32,000 nt of DNA. Origin: Candidatus Electronema aureum. GTDB lineage: Bacteria > Desulfobacterota > Desulfobulbia > Desulfobulbales > Desulfobulbaceae. The notes beneath the pieces were generated by a model that saw only the letters and a program-made list of their open reading frames with translations, searched no databases and was not told the DNA's origin. Below, one piece after another: positions 8,549 to 17,100 of this stretch (the first letter of the stretch is position 1; each line of letters opens with the position of its first letter). The translations under genes and the position numbers were made by a program. Where the stretch lies: the NCBI GenBank assembly GCA_004284765.1, contig NQJD01000020.1:1-32000 (forward strand). Direction: 5' to 3'.

Positions 8549-8627
8549 TTGTAGGGGCGATCCTTGTGATCGCCCAATGTGCCGCCATATCGCAACCATG
8601 CGGGGCGAATACAAGATTCGCCCCTAC
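8549..8627. repeat. REP/REPIN-like inverted doublet of GTAG-headed GC-rich hairpins
   Basis: Left copy: GTAG-GGGCGATC-cttgt-GATCGCCC (8551..8575). Right copy on the opposite strand: GTAG-GGGGCGAAT-cttgt-ATTCGCCCC (8602..8627). The heads point outward. The right head supplies the TAG stop of the NLR-like CDS. Confidence 0.75.
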
Positions 8628-10693
8628 CGGCCCTGCCGCGCTGCCTGCAACTGTGCTAAACCTTTGCGGCATGTCTCCAAGGAAGGATGGCCGATGACTT
8701 CCATAATCTGTACGGCCTGGCTGACATGTTCCTCTGCCGGTGCAAGGTTACATCGATCTTCGTAGGTAAGTGCTATCCACCAGCGCGTTACTGCTTCGAG
8801 GAACCTGTCGCCAATATCCAGCCATATCGCCAAGGCTTGTTCATAATACTCCAATGCTTTGGCAGGATTGCCCTGCGCACGGTAAACCACGCCAATGTTG
8901 GTCATGGCTTGTCCCTCTAATATCTTATCCCCAGCCTCCCGGCTGATATGCAGGCACTGCTCATAATATCGCAAGGCTGTCTCGTTATCGCCTTGTTCCC
9001 TATAAAGTATGCCGATATTATTCAGCGTACTGCCTTCCCCCTTCCGGTCGCCAATCTCTCGCTGTATGCTCAGGCTCTGTTGATACTGCTGCAAGGTCAG
9101 CTCATATTTGCCCTGTTGTTGGTAAATCGCGGCGATGTTGTTCAGGGTTACGCCTTCTTCCTGCCTGTCGCCCAACTCGCGGTCTATCGGTAGGCATTGC
9201 TCAAAGTAGGCAATTGCTTTCTCATGCTTCCCGCGCCGCCAGCAGGTGTAGCCTAGGGTACATAGGCACCAGCCTTCATCTTTGCGGTTGCCTGCTTGCT
9301 GGGCGGCTGTCAGGTTCATCTCTACAGCAGCCAGCTTCTCTGCCCAATGCCCCTGCCGGTCAAGGTAGATGTACGTTGCCCCGACCAAGCGGCTCACCTC
9401 CTGCCACAGCTTGCTGGCAAGGCAGCTCTCTATCAGCCGCAGGCAGTGCGCCCGTTCACCATCAAGGCGGGCATATCCCGGCAGGCCAGCCTTGCTCTGC
9501 GCCTCGCACCACTCTATATAATAGGCAGCCAGCCGCTCAAGGCTCTCCTTGCTCATCGCCAGCTCGGTGCGGGCGTAAGTATGCACCAGCGCGTGGCTTA
9601 TCTGCCAGCGTTCATCGAGCTTCTCATCCTGTTTCTTATCGTGCTTATCCAGCAGGCCGTAGTTGACTAACTCACCCAGGGCCTCACTGCTGCGCAGCTC
9701 AAGGTCATCTTGGTCTTCGTCCTCCTTGGACAACACTGCCATGACCGGCTCAAGACTGATGGACGCAAAGGCAAGAATACCCACCAACCGCAGCACTTGC
9801 ACCGCATCAGTGCTTATCTGGGCTACGCTGCGCCGCAGCAGCAAAGCTGCGTTCTCCTGCTGATGCGCCTCCTTTCCCAGCTTCCTGAAAGGCTCCTTCG
9901 CCAGCCACTTCAAGTACGTTGCTGCGCTCTCTTCCGTGCTGCTCACATAGTTGCCCGCAATGCGCAGAGCAACCGGCCAGCCACCGAGTATCTTGCAGAT
10001 GCCCACGACGCTCTCGTCATCACCCGCAACCTTGCTGTACTCCCGGAAGACCTGTGCTGCGGCCTCATCTTCCAGCGGTTTAATATTCAAACGCACACCC
10101 TGCGCATCCTTCCTGCTGCGAGTAGTGATCAGCACACCGCACGAGCTACGCAGCCGCAGCACTGCTGGGAGGTCTTTCGCCTCTTCTGTACCATCAAGGA
10201 AGAGCAAAGCCCTCTTGCCTGCGAGCACCTGCCGCACTGCGCTCTCAAGATCCGCCTTTGCCTCGATCTGAAAGGCTTCGCAAATGGCTCGCAGGGCAGT
10301 CTCCGTTTTAGGATGTCCATAGAAGCTATGGAAGACAATCCCATCCGGGAAGCGGGCTGCGTCCAGCTTACTCACTGCCTGCGCCGCCAGCGCGCTCTTG
10401 CCCATGCCGCCTGGCCCGCATACTGCTACGACCTTGCCCGGATGCAGCCTGTCGTTCAGCCAGACAAGCTCCTCCTCGCGGTGGAGAAAGCAGGGTTCAG
10501 GCGCAGGGGGCTGGCGGGGAATGGGAGGCGGCGCAGGCTGGCTGCCATAGTTGTTGATCTGACATGCTATCGCTCCATCGCCTTGCGCGATATTCTGCGT
10601 TCCGCCGTGGCTGTCAAAGCTGTTGCTCTGCACATCCCCGATGCCGGAGAGGACGTTGCCGTCGCCGTCTATATGCTGGTTGACGGTGCTCAT
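8624..10693 (-). CDS. STAND NTPase, NB-ARC domain plus C-terminal TPR array (NLR-like), with a G/N/Q-rich N-terminal motif and a Pro-rich linker
   Basis: Walker A VCGPGGMGKSALA, Walker B ALLFLDGTEE, the NB-ARC-type GGWPVALRIAG motif, then at least five TPR units (TLNNIAAIYQQQGKYELTLQQYQQSL.., STLNNIGILYREQGDNETALRYYEQCL.., AMTNIGVVYRAQGNPAKALEYYEQAL..). N-terminal 50 aa: STVNQHIDGDGNVLSGIGDVQSNSFDSHGGTQNIAQGDGAIACQINNYG, followed by QPAPPPIPRQPPAPEP. Confidence 0.85.
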   Translation of the reverse strand: MSTVNQHIDGDGNVLSGIGDVQSNSFDSHGGTQNIAQGDGAIACQINNYGSQPAPPPIPRQPPAPEPCFLHREEELVWLNDRLHPGKVVAVCGPGGMGKSALAAQAVSKLDAARFPDGIVFHSFYGHPKTETALRAICEAFQIEAKADLESAVRQVLAGKRALLFLDGTEEAKDLPAVLRLRSSCGVLITTRSRKDAQGVRLNIKPLEDEAAAQVFREYSKVAGDDESVVGICKILGGWPVALRIAGNYVSSTEESAATYLKWLAKEPFRKLGKEAHQQENAALLLRRSVAQISTDAVQVLRLVGILAFASISLEPVMAVLSKEDEDQDDLELRSSEALGELVNYGLLDKHDKKQDEKLDERWQISHALVHTYARTELAMSKESLERLAAYYIEWCEAQSKAGLPGYARLDGERAHCLRLIESCLASKLWQEVSRLVGATYIYLDRQGHWAEKLAAVEMNLTAAQQAGNRKDEGWCLCTLGYTCWRRGKHEKAIAYFEQCLPIDRELGDRQEEGVTLNNIAAIYQQQGKYELTLQQYQQSLSIQREIGDRKGEGSTLNNIGILYREQGDNETALRYYEQCLHISREAGDKILEGQAMTNIGVVYRAQGNPAKALEYYEQALAIWLDIGDRFLEAVTRWWIALTYEDRCNLAPAEEHVSQAVQIMEVIGHPSLETCRKGLAQLQAARQGR

Positions 10694-10705
10694 TTTATCT
10701 GCCTG

Positions 10706-11164
10706 CTATCTTGCAATCTCCTCGCTCCGCTCCATCTTGCCTTCACAGTTGAAACACTCTGTTTTCCCGTCCGTGCTGACTATCCACACTTCCTTGGCCC
10801 CTTTGGCAAGATACAGCTCAATCTTTTCCTCCATCTCGCCTGCGGAGTTTGACGGCGACATGATTTCAACACAGATTTCTGGGGCGCGTTTGTATGGAGT
10901 TTCATAGCTGTAGCGGGCAAAGAAATCATCCGAGGCCCACGCGACATCAGCAACTTTGACTCCCTGCGATGTCTGAATGGAGCATTGCATAATTACCTTA
11001 CCGCGCCCTTTCTTCCCTTCTTTGATCTGCGCACCGATCTCAAACTGAATATGGCCGTGGCTGTTGCTTGCAGGACTCATCAAAATCTTGCCCCACTTGT
11101 TCAGCTCAATCTTGAACGGAAGATTTTGCAGAAACGGATTACTGATCACTCCGGCCCAGTCCAT
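10706..11164 (-). CDS. Uma2-family (PD-(D/E)xK restriction-endonuclease-fold) protein
   Basis: The C-terminal half APEICVEIMSPSNSAGEMEEKIELYLAKGAKEVWIVSTDG matches the Uma2 pattern (P-D/E-h-h-h-E-h-x-S-P-S.., K..x..Y...G..E.W.V). Upstream acidic residue in VADVAWASDD. Strong AAGGAG SD 6 nt upstream of the ATG. Only 12 bp separate it from the downstream STAND gene. Confidence 0.65.
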   Translation of the reverse strand: MDWAGVISNPFLQNLPFKIELNKWGKILMSPASNSHGHIQFEIGAQIKEGKKGRGKVIMQCSIQTSQGVKVADVAWASDDFFARYSYETPYKRAPEICVEIMSPSNSAGEMEEKIELYLAKGAKEVWIVSTDGKTECFNCEGKMERSEEIAR

Positions 11165-11182
11165 GAATCACTCCTTTTGCTG

Positions 11183-11211
11183 AAAAAAAGGGCCACAGCG
11201 GACTGTGACCC
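11183..11211 (-). terminator. rho-independent terminator closing the argG-argH-lipoprotein unit
   Basis: The minus strand reads GGGTCACAG-tccg-CTGTGGCCC followed by TTTTTTT: a 9-bp stem with one G-U pair. It lies 30 nt after the lipoprotein stop and immediately before the SD of the Uma2 gene. Confidence 0.7.
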
Positions 11212-11240
11212 TTGCCAGCTTCCTGTATCGTGGGCAGAAC

Positions 11241-12041
11241 TTACCGTAGGCTTGCCTCGGCAGATGGCTTGCTTTCGTTGGGCGGGCTGCTCTGGTCAAA
11301 GCTGCTGACCGAGTAGAAAACCTTGCTGCCTTTCGCGGGCGGGTTCTTGTCCTCGTACAGGTTGTACGGCTGCTTAATTTCGCCAAGTAGCTCCGGCTTG
11401 CCATCACCAATGCGCCGATATACCTTATGCCCGACTAAGTCCTTGTCCTTGCCTGCGTCCCAGAACACCTTGACTGAGGAAGCAGTGCGGGCAGCAGTGA
11501 CATTGCTCGGCGGCTCCGGCGGGGTATGGTCAGCAACGGCGGCAGGGGCTGCTGCCTGTTTTGGCATGGCTGACGGCTTCTCCCAGATAAAAGAGATCAG
11601 GTTAGAGTCGTCAGACTCAGAGAGCCAGCCGCTCTTGCTCCGCAGCTTAAAGAAATACTTGCGGCCTGCTTGCATCGGAGCGTCTTCCCAGCTCCCCTGC
11701 CTGCTACCTTTGTCCGGCAGGCTGCCGCCCGCCACAGTGATTGGCGTGGTAAAGGGGATCGGACAGGTGTCGCAGTACGACTCTATCGGCACTTCTGCCC
11801 GGTAGAGCTGGAAGGAGTCAAGCTCGGTGATCTTCTCACCGGAAGCCGTGCGGTTGGGCCATGTCCAGTGAAGCACTGCCCCGTTGCTGGTCAGCTCGTA
11901 GCTGAGGTCAGTCACAGGCCGGGGAGTCATGGCCGAGGGAGCAACCGGCAGGGTCTTGTAGCCGCAGCCGGTCAAGCCGCTGGTCAGGAGGAGCAGGGCA
12001 GCCGCAAGGCCGCGAAAAACAGTCGGTGCAATCTTCATCAT
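11241..12041 (-). CDS. lipoprotein with two fibronectin-type-III-like segments
   Basis: Signal peptide plus lipobox MMKIAPTVFRGLAAALLLLTSGLTG|C. FN3-like strands VTDLSYELTSNGAVLHWTWP and PSNVTAARTASSVKVFWDAG..GHKVYRR. Its ATG overlaps the argH stop (ATGA). Confidence 0.65.
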   Translation of the reverse strand: MMKIAPTVFRGLAAALLLLTSGLTGCGYKTLPVAPSAMTPRPVTDLSYELTSNGAVLHWTWPNRTASGEKITELDSFQLYRAEVPIESYCDTCPIPFTTPITVAGGSLPDKGSRQGSWEDAPMQAGRKYFFKLRSKSGWLSESDDSNLISFIWEKPSAMPKQAAAPAAVADHTPPEPPSNVTAARTASSVKVFWDAGKDKDLVGHKVYRRIGDGKPELLGEIKQPYNLYEDKNPPAKGSKVFYSVSSFDQSSPPNESKPSAEASLR

Positions 12042-13453
12042 GCTATCCCCAGTTGTTGTTCCGCACGCGCAAGAGCCTCTGCTACTCTGGCTCCGGCGGT
12101 GCCGCCAGCAGAGACCCGGCTGTTCACCGAGCCTTCCGCAGAAAGGACTGCAAACACATCGTCATCAATCAAAGTGGAGAACTGGCGCAGCTCGGTCAGC
12201 GGCAGCTCGTCCAGCTCAAGACCGCGCTGCTGGCAGAGGGCGACGATCTCTCCCACCACCCGGTGCGCCTGACGGAAGGGTAAGTTCTTTTTCACCAAGT
12301 AATCAGCCAGATCAGTAGCGGTCATGAAGCCGCCGTGCGTGGCCTCGCGCATTCGGTCGCAGGCAAAACTGCTGTTCGCCAGCAGCTCGGCAGTGATGCT
12401 CAGACTGGCCTTGACCGTGTCGAGCGCGTCAAAGAGCTGCTCCTTGTCCTCCTGCATGTCCCGGTTGTAGGTCATGGGCAGGCCCTTCATAGTCATCAGC
12501 ATCGCCATGAGCGAGCCTGTCACCCGACCGCTCTTGCCCCGGATCAGCTCCGGGATGTCCGGGTTCTTCTTCTGCGGCATGATCGACGAGCCAGTGCAGT
12601 ATTTGTCGCCGATCTTGAGGAAGCCGAACTCCTTGGACGACCAGAGGACGAATTCCTCGGCCATCCGGCTGAGGTGGAGCTGAACGACCGTCAGGCAGAA
12701 GAGGAACTCCAAGGCAAAGTCGCGGTCAGCGGTGGTGTCCATTGAGTTAGCCGAGACAGTCGGAAAGCCTAGCTCCTTGGCCACGAATTCCCGATCTATC
12801 GGCAAGCCAGTGCCAGCTAAGGCAGCCGCGCCTAAGGGAAGCACATTCAGCCGCTTCAGGCAGTCGGCCAGCCGCTCGCGGTCTCTGCCGAACATCTCCA
12901 CATAGGCAAGCAGATGGTGCGCGAGGAGCACCGGCTGCGCCCGCTGCATGTGGGTGTAGCCCGGCATGACAGCCCCGAAGTTGGCGCGGGCTTGGCGGAC
13001 AAAGCCGCGCTGCACATCAGCCAGCAGCTGGTCTAAGCAGACGGCTTCGTCACGTAGATACAGGCGGATGTCTAAGGCCACCTGATCGTTGCGGCTGCGG
13101 GCGGTGTGCAGCTTCTCGCCTGCCGCACCAACCTTGTCAGTCAGAGCCTTTTCGATATTCATGTGAATATCTTCCAGCTCCACCCGGAACTGGAAGCGGC
13201 CTTCGCGTATCTCCTGCTCAATCTCGCTCAAACCGGCGATGATTGCATCCCGCTCGTCCGCGCTGATCAGCCCCTGCTTGGCCAGCATCTTGGCATGGGC
13301 CTTGGAACCCATGATGTCGTGCCGGTACAGCCGCCAGTCATAGCTGATGGATTCGGTGAAGCTCTCCACTGAGGCGGCGGTCTGCGCGGCAAAACGCCCG
13401 CCCCAGAGCTTGCCGGAGCACTGCTGCTTCGGGCAATGTGTCTGATCAGCCAT
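12038..13453 (-). CDS. argH: argininosuccinate lyase
   Basis: LWGGRF, SISYDWRLY..DIMGSKAHAKML, TARSRNDQVA, GYTHMQRAQP, GSSIMPQKKNPD (fumarate-lyase signature). Confidence 0.95.
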   Translation of the reverse strand: MADQTHCPKQQCSGKLWGGRFAAQTAASVESFTESISYDWRLYRHDIMGSKAHAKMLAKQGLISADERDAIIAGLSEIEQEIREGRFQFRVELEDIHMNIEKALTDKVGAAGEKLHTARSRNDQVALDIRLYLRDEAVCLDQLLADVQRGFVRQARANFGAVMPGYTHMQRAQPVLLAHHLLAYVEMFGRDRERLADCLKRLNVLPLGAAALAGTGLPIDREFVAKELGFPTVSANSMDTTADRDFALEFLFCLTVVQLHLSRMAEEFVLWSSKEFGFLKIGDKYCTGSSIMPQKKNPDIPELIRGKSGRVTGSLMAMLMTMKGLPMTYNRDMQEDKEQLFDALDTVKASLSITAELLANSSFACDRMREATHGGFMTATDLADYLVKKNLPFRQAHRVVGEIVALCQQRGLELDELPLTELRQFSTLIDDDVFAVLSAEGSVNSRVSAGGTAGARVAEALARAEQQLGIA

Positions 13454-13455
13454 TG

Positions 13456-14652
<1,197 letters not shown>

Positions 14653-14747
14653 GATGGTGTTTAGGTGGTTCAATCTACGCCACGCCGCCTGAGGGCGGGC
14701 GACACGATGATGCGCAGGAAGGCTTAAAACTGCATAGTTTATCAAGC

Positions 14748-14776
14748 AGATTAGACAGCAAGGGGTGTTCTGTCAA
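14748..14776 (-). promoter_or_regulatory. candidate sigma70 promoter facing argG (TTGACA-N17-TAATCT)
   Basis: Minus strand: TTGACA (14776..14771), 17-nt spacer gaacaccccttgctgtc, TAATCT (14753..14748). It lies between the orphan gene stop and the argG start, about 95 nt upstream of the argG ATG. Confidence 0.35.
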
Positions 14777-14854
14777 GGATTTTGCGGCGAGATATACAAC
14801 ACCACCTTGACCAATAGTCCGCCGTAGTTGATGACAGTGTGCTTGATGAAAATG

Positions 14855-15910
14855 TTACGGGTACGATGAAGAGTTGGAAGCACGACTTCCTTCAAGATGT
14901 TTTGGATCGACATCGCTGGGTATTTGAATTCGATAATCATTAATCTTGACGTTGCTGCCCCATCGATCATCTTTGTTTTCAAAAAGTTTCCAAGGAAAAA
15001 GAAACGCATCGACTACCTTCCCCTCTCCAACTGTCAGAACACGTAAGTCAAACATACAATCATTATCTGGGTGATGGTTCTTTATCGCAGAGAGAATGGC
15101 AGCAAGAGTTGGCTTGATAACTGTAGGATCAGGATTCGTAGAATACGCTCGTACTGTTTGGCAGATTGGTTGCCGTTGGCCAAGTGATGACAAGCCATGC
15201 AGTCTGGTTAAGCAGTCCAAATTATGGCGCAATGTTCTCTCATGATATTGATCATCAAGAGACCATATTCTATTGACATAATTGAGAACGCTTACAATGG
15301 TGAAAGCCAGCTTGCTCAACTCAACACGACTAATCTCGAATGGATGATTAACGCAACCACCCTTTACTCTTGAGCTTACCCGGAGGACACCATCGTTAGA
15401 TGTAAAGTGTCTGTCATGAATTATTGTTCCACGAAACGGTTCTAGAATCTTGTACAAACATATAAGCCTCTCCTTCAACCAAGGTCTTGACTCGATTATG
15501 TGGGGAAAGGTTGGTGATGGAGAGCTTTTCAGACTCTTGATCTTCTCCTCAAACCGGAACGTCTTTTTGCAACCGTTCTGTTCAAGAATCCACTCAATGA
15601 GCATATCGAGCAGCTTGAATGTCGTGATAAAAACAAGTGGTGCTCCTGCAGTTAGGAAGCCTGCTTGCCAAGGAATACCTCCTCCTATAACAAAATTCAC
15701 TTCACAATAATTGACAAAGTTGACCTCCGAGCTATCAACTGGACAGATAAATACATCAGGAATCTTGCGGAACCATGGGGTTTCAATGAATTCAGCAATG
15801 TTATAGACAGCTTCTAAAAACCACGCTTCGTACTCCGTCCGTTCATTAAGAAGACGAAGTGCAGATTTGTCATAGTGTGTCATTTTCTTGTTTCCATTCT
15901 TTTCGTGCAA
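14855..15910 (-). CDS. orphan hypothetical protein (351 aa), AT-rich, inserted between argF and argG
   Basis: Uninterrupted 351-codon ORF. TTG start with GGAGG 6 nt upstream (ggaggtgaagaTTG); an alternative ATG lies at codon 10. The protein motif EVNFV occurs twice (EVNFVNYCEVNFV), and all five codons differ at the third position (GAG GTC AAC TTT GTC vs GAA GTG AAT TTT GTT), which argues for real coding under selection. No family recognised. Confidence 0.6.
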   Translation of the reverse strand: MHEKNGNKKMTHYDKSALRLLNERTEYEAWFLEAVYNIAEFIETPWFRKIPDVFICPVDSSEVNFVNYCEVNFVIGGGIPWQAGFLTAGAPLVFITTFKLLDMLIEWILEQNGCKKTFRFEEKIKSLKSSPSPTFPHIIESRPWLKERLICLYKILEPFRGTIIHDRHFTSNDGVLRVSSRVKGGCVNHPFEISRVELSKLAFTIVSVLNYVNRIWSLDDQYHERTLRHNLDCLTRLHGLSSLGQRQPICQTVRAYSTNPDPTVIKPTLAAILSAIKNHHPDNDCMFDLRVLTVGEGKVVDAFLFPWKLFENKDDRWGSNVKINDYRIQIPSDVDPKHLEGSRASNSSSYP

Positions 15911-16086
15911 TCTTCACCTCCAGCACATATCCGCCACCCGTCCGCAATGCTGTCATGTCATGGCGTGGCCAATAATGTGGCGTAATCGTTGCCCCTGATG
16001 CTTTAAAAAAACCGTTAGGCCGTACCGCCGGGTGGTGCTTGCGAAAAAGAAGTGATTGGCGGCACGGTCAGTGTGAGCGATGGAGA

Positions 16087-17007
16087 TCAGGCCACGCCGC
16101 AGATCATGGCCTCCAGAATGGCCTTGTGCATGTGCATCTTGTTCTCGGACTGATCAAACACCACGCTCTGCGGCCCTTCCAGCACCTCTTCGGTGATTTC
16201 CTCATCCCGATGCGCAGGCAGACAGTGGAGGACAACCGCATCGTTGGCCGCACGTGCAAGCAGCTCGGCGTTGAGCTGATACGGGCGGAAAACAGCTAAC
16301 CGCTTCTCCTTCTCCTTCTCTTTGCCCATTGAAGTCCAGACATCAATGTTGATCACATCTGCCCCTTGCACTGCCTCTGCTGGGTCACGTAACAAGGTAA
16401 TCGGCTGCGAAGCAATCTTGCGGGCGGCTTGGAGAATAGCAGGAGCAGGTTCGTAGCCTTCAGGACACGCGAGAGTCAGCGGAAAGCCCAGCACGGCGGC
16501 AGCTTGTATCCATGAGTTAGCCATATTGTTGCCGTCACCCAACCAAACAATCTTCAGCTTTTTCGGATCACCCTTCTTCTCAATCACCGTCATCAAGTCG
16601 CTGAGGACTTGACAGGGGTGGTGCAGATCAGTGAGGGCGTTGATCACCGGCACTTCGGAATAACGGGCCAGTTCTTCCACCACCTGTTGGCCAAAGGTGC
16701 GCACAACCAAAGCATCGGCGTAACGACACAGCACTCGTGCCATATCTTTAAGCGGTTCGCCCCGGTCGAGCTGTGTTTCTTTTGCCTGAAGAAAGATCAC
16801 TTGGCCGCCTAATCCGTACATGGCTGCCTCAAACGACACCCTTGTGCGGGTGGAGGGCTTTTCAAACAACATGCAGATGCTTTTGCCGGCAAGCTGCTGA
16901 TGGCGGAGGCCGGAGGCAGTCTCTTTTTTCAGTGCTGCTGCCCGGTCAAGGAAGGATTGGAGCTGGGCCGGGGTAAAATCTTGTAACGCCAACAAATGGT
17001 TGCTCAT
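16087..17007 (-). CDS. argF: ornithine carbamoyltransferase
   Basis: FEKPSTRTRVSFE (carbamoyl-phosphate motif), the HPCQ motif (DLHHPCQVLSD), LGDGNNMANS, HCLPAHRDEE. Start moved to the ATG at 17007 (MSNHLLALQDF). Confidence 0.92.
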   Translation of the reverse strand: MSNHLLALQDFTPAQLQSFLDRAAALKKETASGLRHQQLAGKSICMLFEKPSTRTRVSFEAAMYGLGGQVIFLQAKETQLDRGEPLKDMARVLCRYADALVVRTFGQQVVEELARYSEVPVINALTDLHHPCQVLSDLMTVIEKKGDPKKLKIVWLGDGNNMANSWIQAAAVLGFPLTLACPEGYEPAPAILQAARKIASQPITLLRDPAEAVQGADVINIDVWTSMGKEKEKEKRLAVFRPYQLNAELLARAANDAVVLHCLPAHRDEEITEEVLEGPQSVVFDQSENKMHMHKAILEAMICGVA

Positions 17008-17100
17008 GATAGAATATCTCGATGTTCTGAAAACAGACTGCGCAGGGCCAGCACCCTGAACCCGCGCCAAGGCGGCGCAGGCTGTGCAGCCGAAAAAAGT

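Noticed and set aside
10706-10780. Matching amyloid-type motif at the C-terminus of the Uma2-like protein, expected if the pair were a canonical effector/NLR amyloid-signalling system
   Set aside because: The C-terminus (..VSTDGKTECFNCEGKMERSEEIAR) is charged and not G/N/Q-rich, and the N-terminus shows no repeat of the G-x-x-N..Q-x-N-x-F/Y pattern. The canonical two-gene amyloid model is therefore not supported by this neighbour.
9710-10852. 380-aa plus-strand ORF antisense to the STAND gene; similar long antisense ORFs at 1291..2058, 11670..12272, 12335..12745 and 13438..13848
   Set aside because: These are typical shadow ORFs of GC-rich coding DNA. They have Arg/Ala/Pro/Leu-rich low-complexity translations and no motifs, and they lie fully inside genes with strong homology on the other strand.
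16005-16038. Terminator after argF suggested by a run of seven T on the minus strand
   Set aside because: I could find only 3-bp stems in the GC-rich segment preceding the T-run, which is not enough to call an intrinsic terminator.
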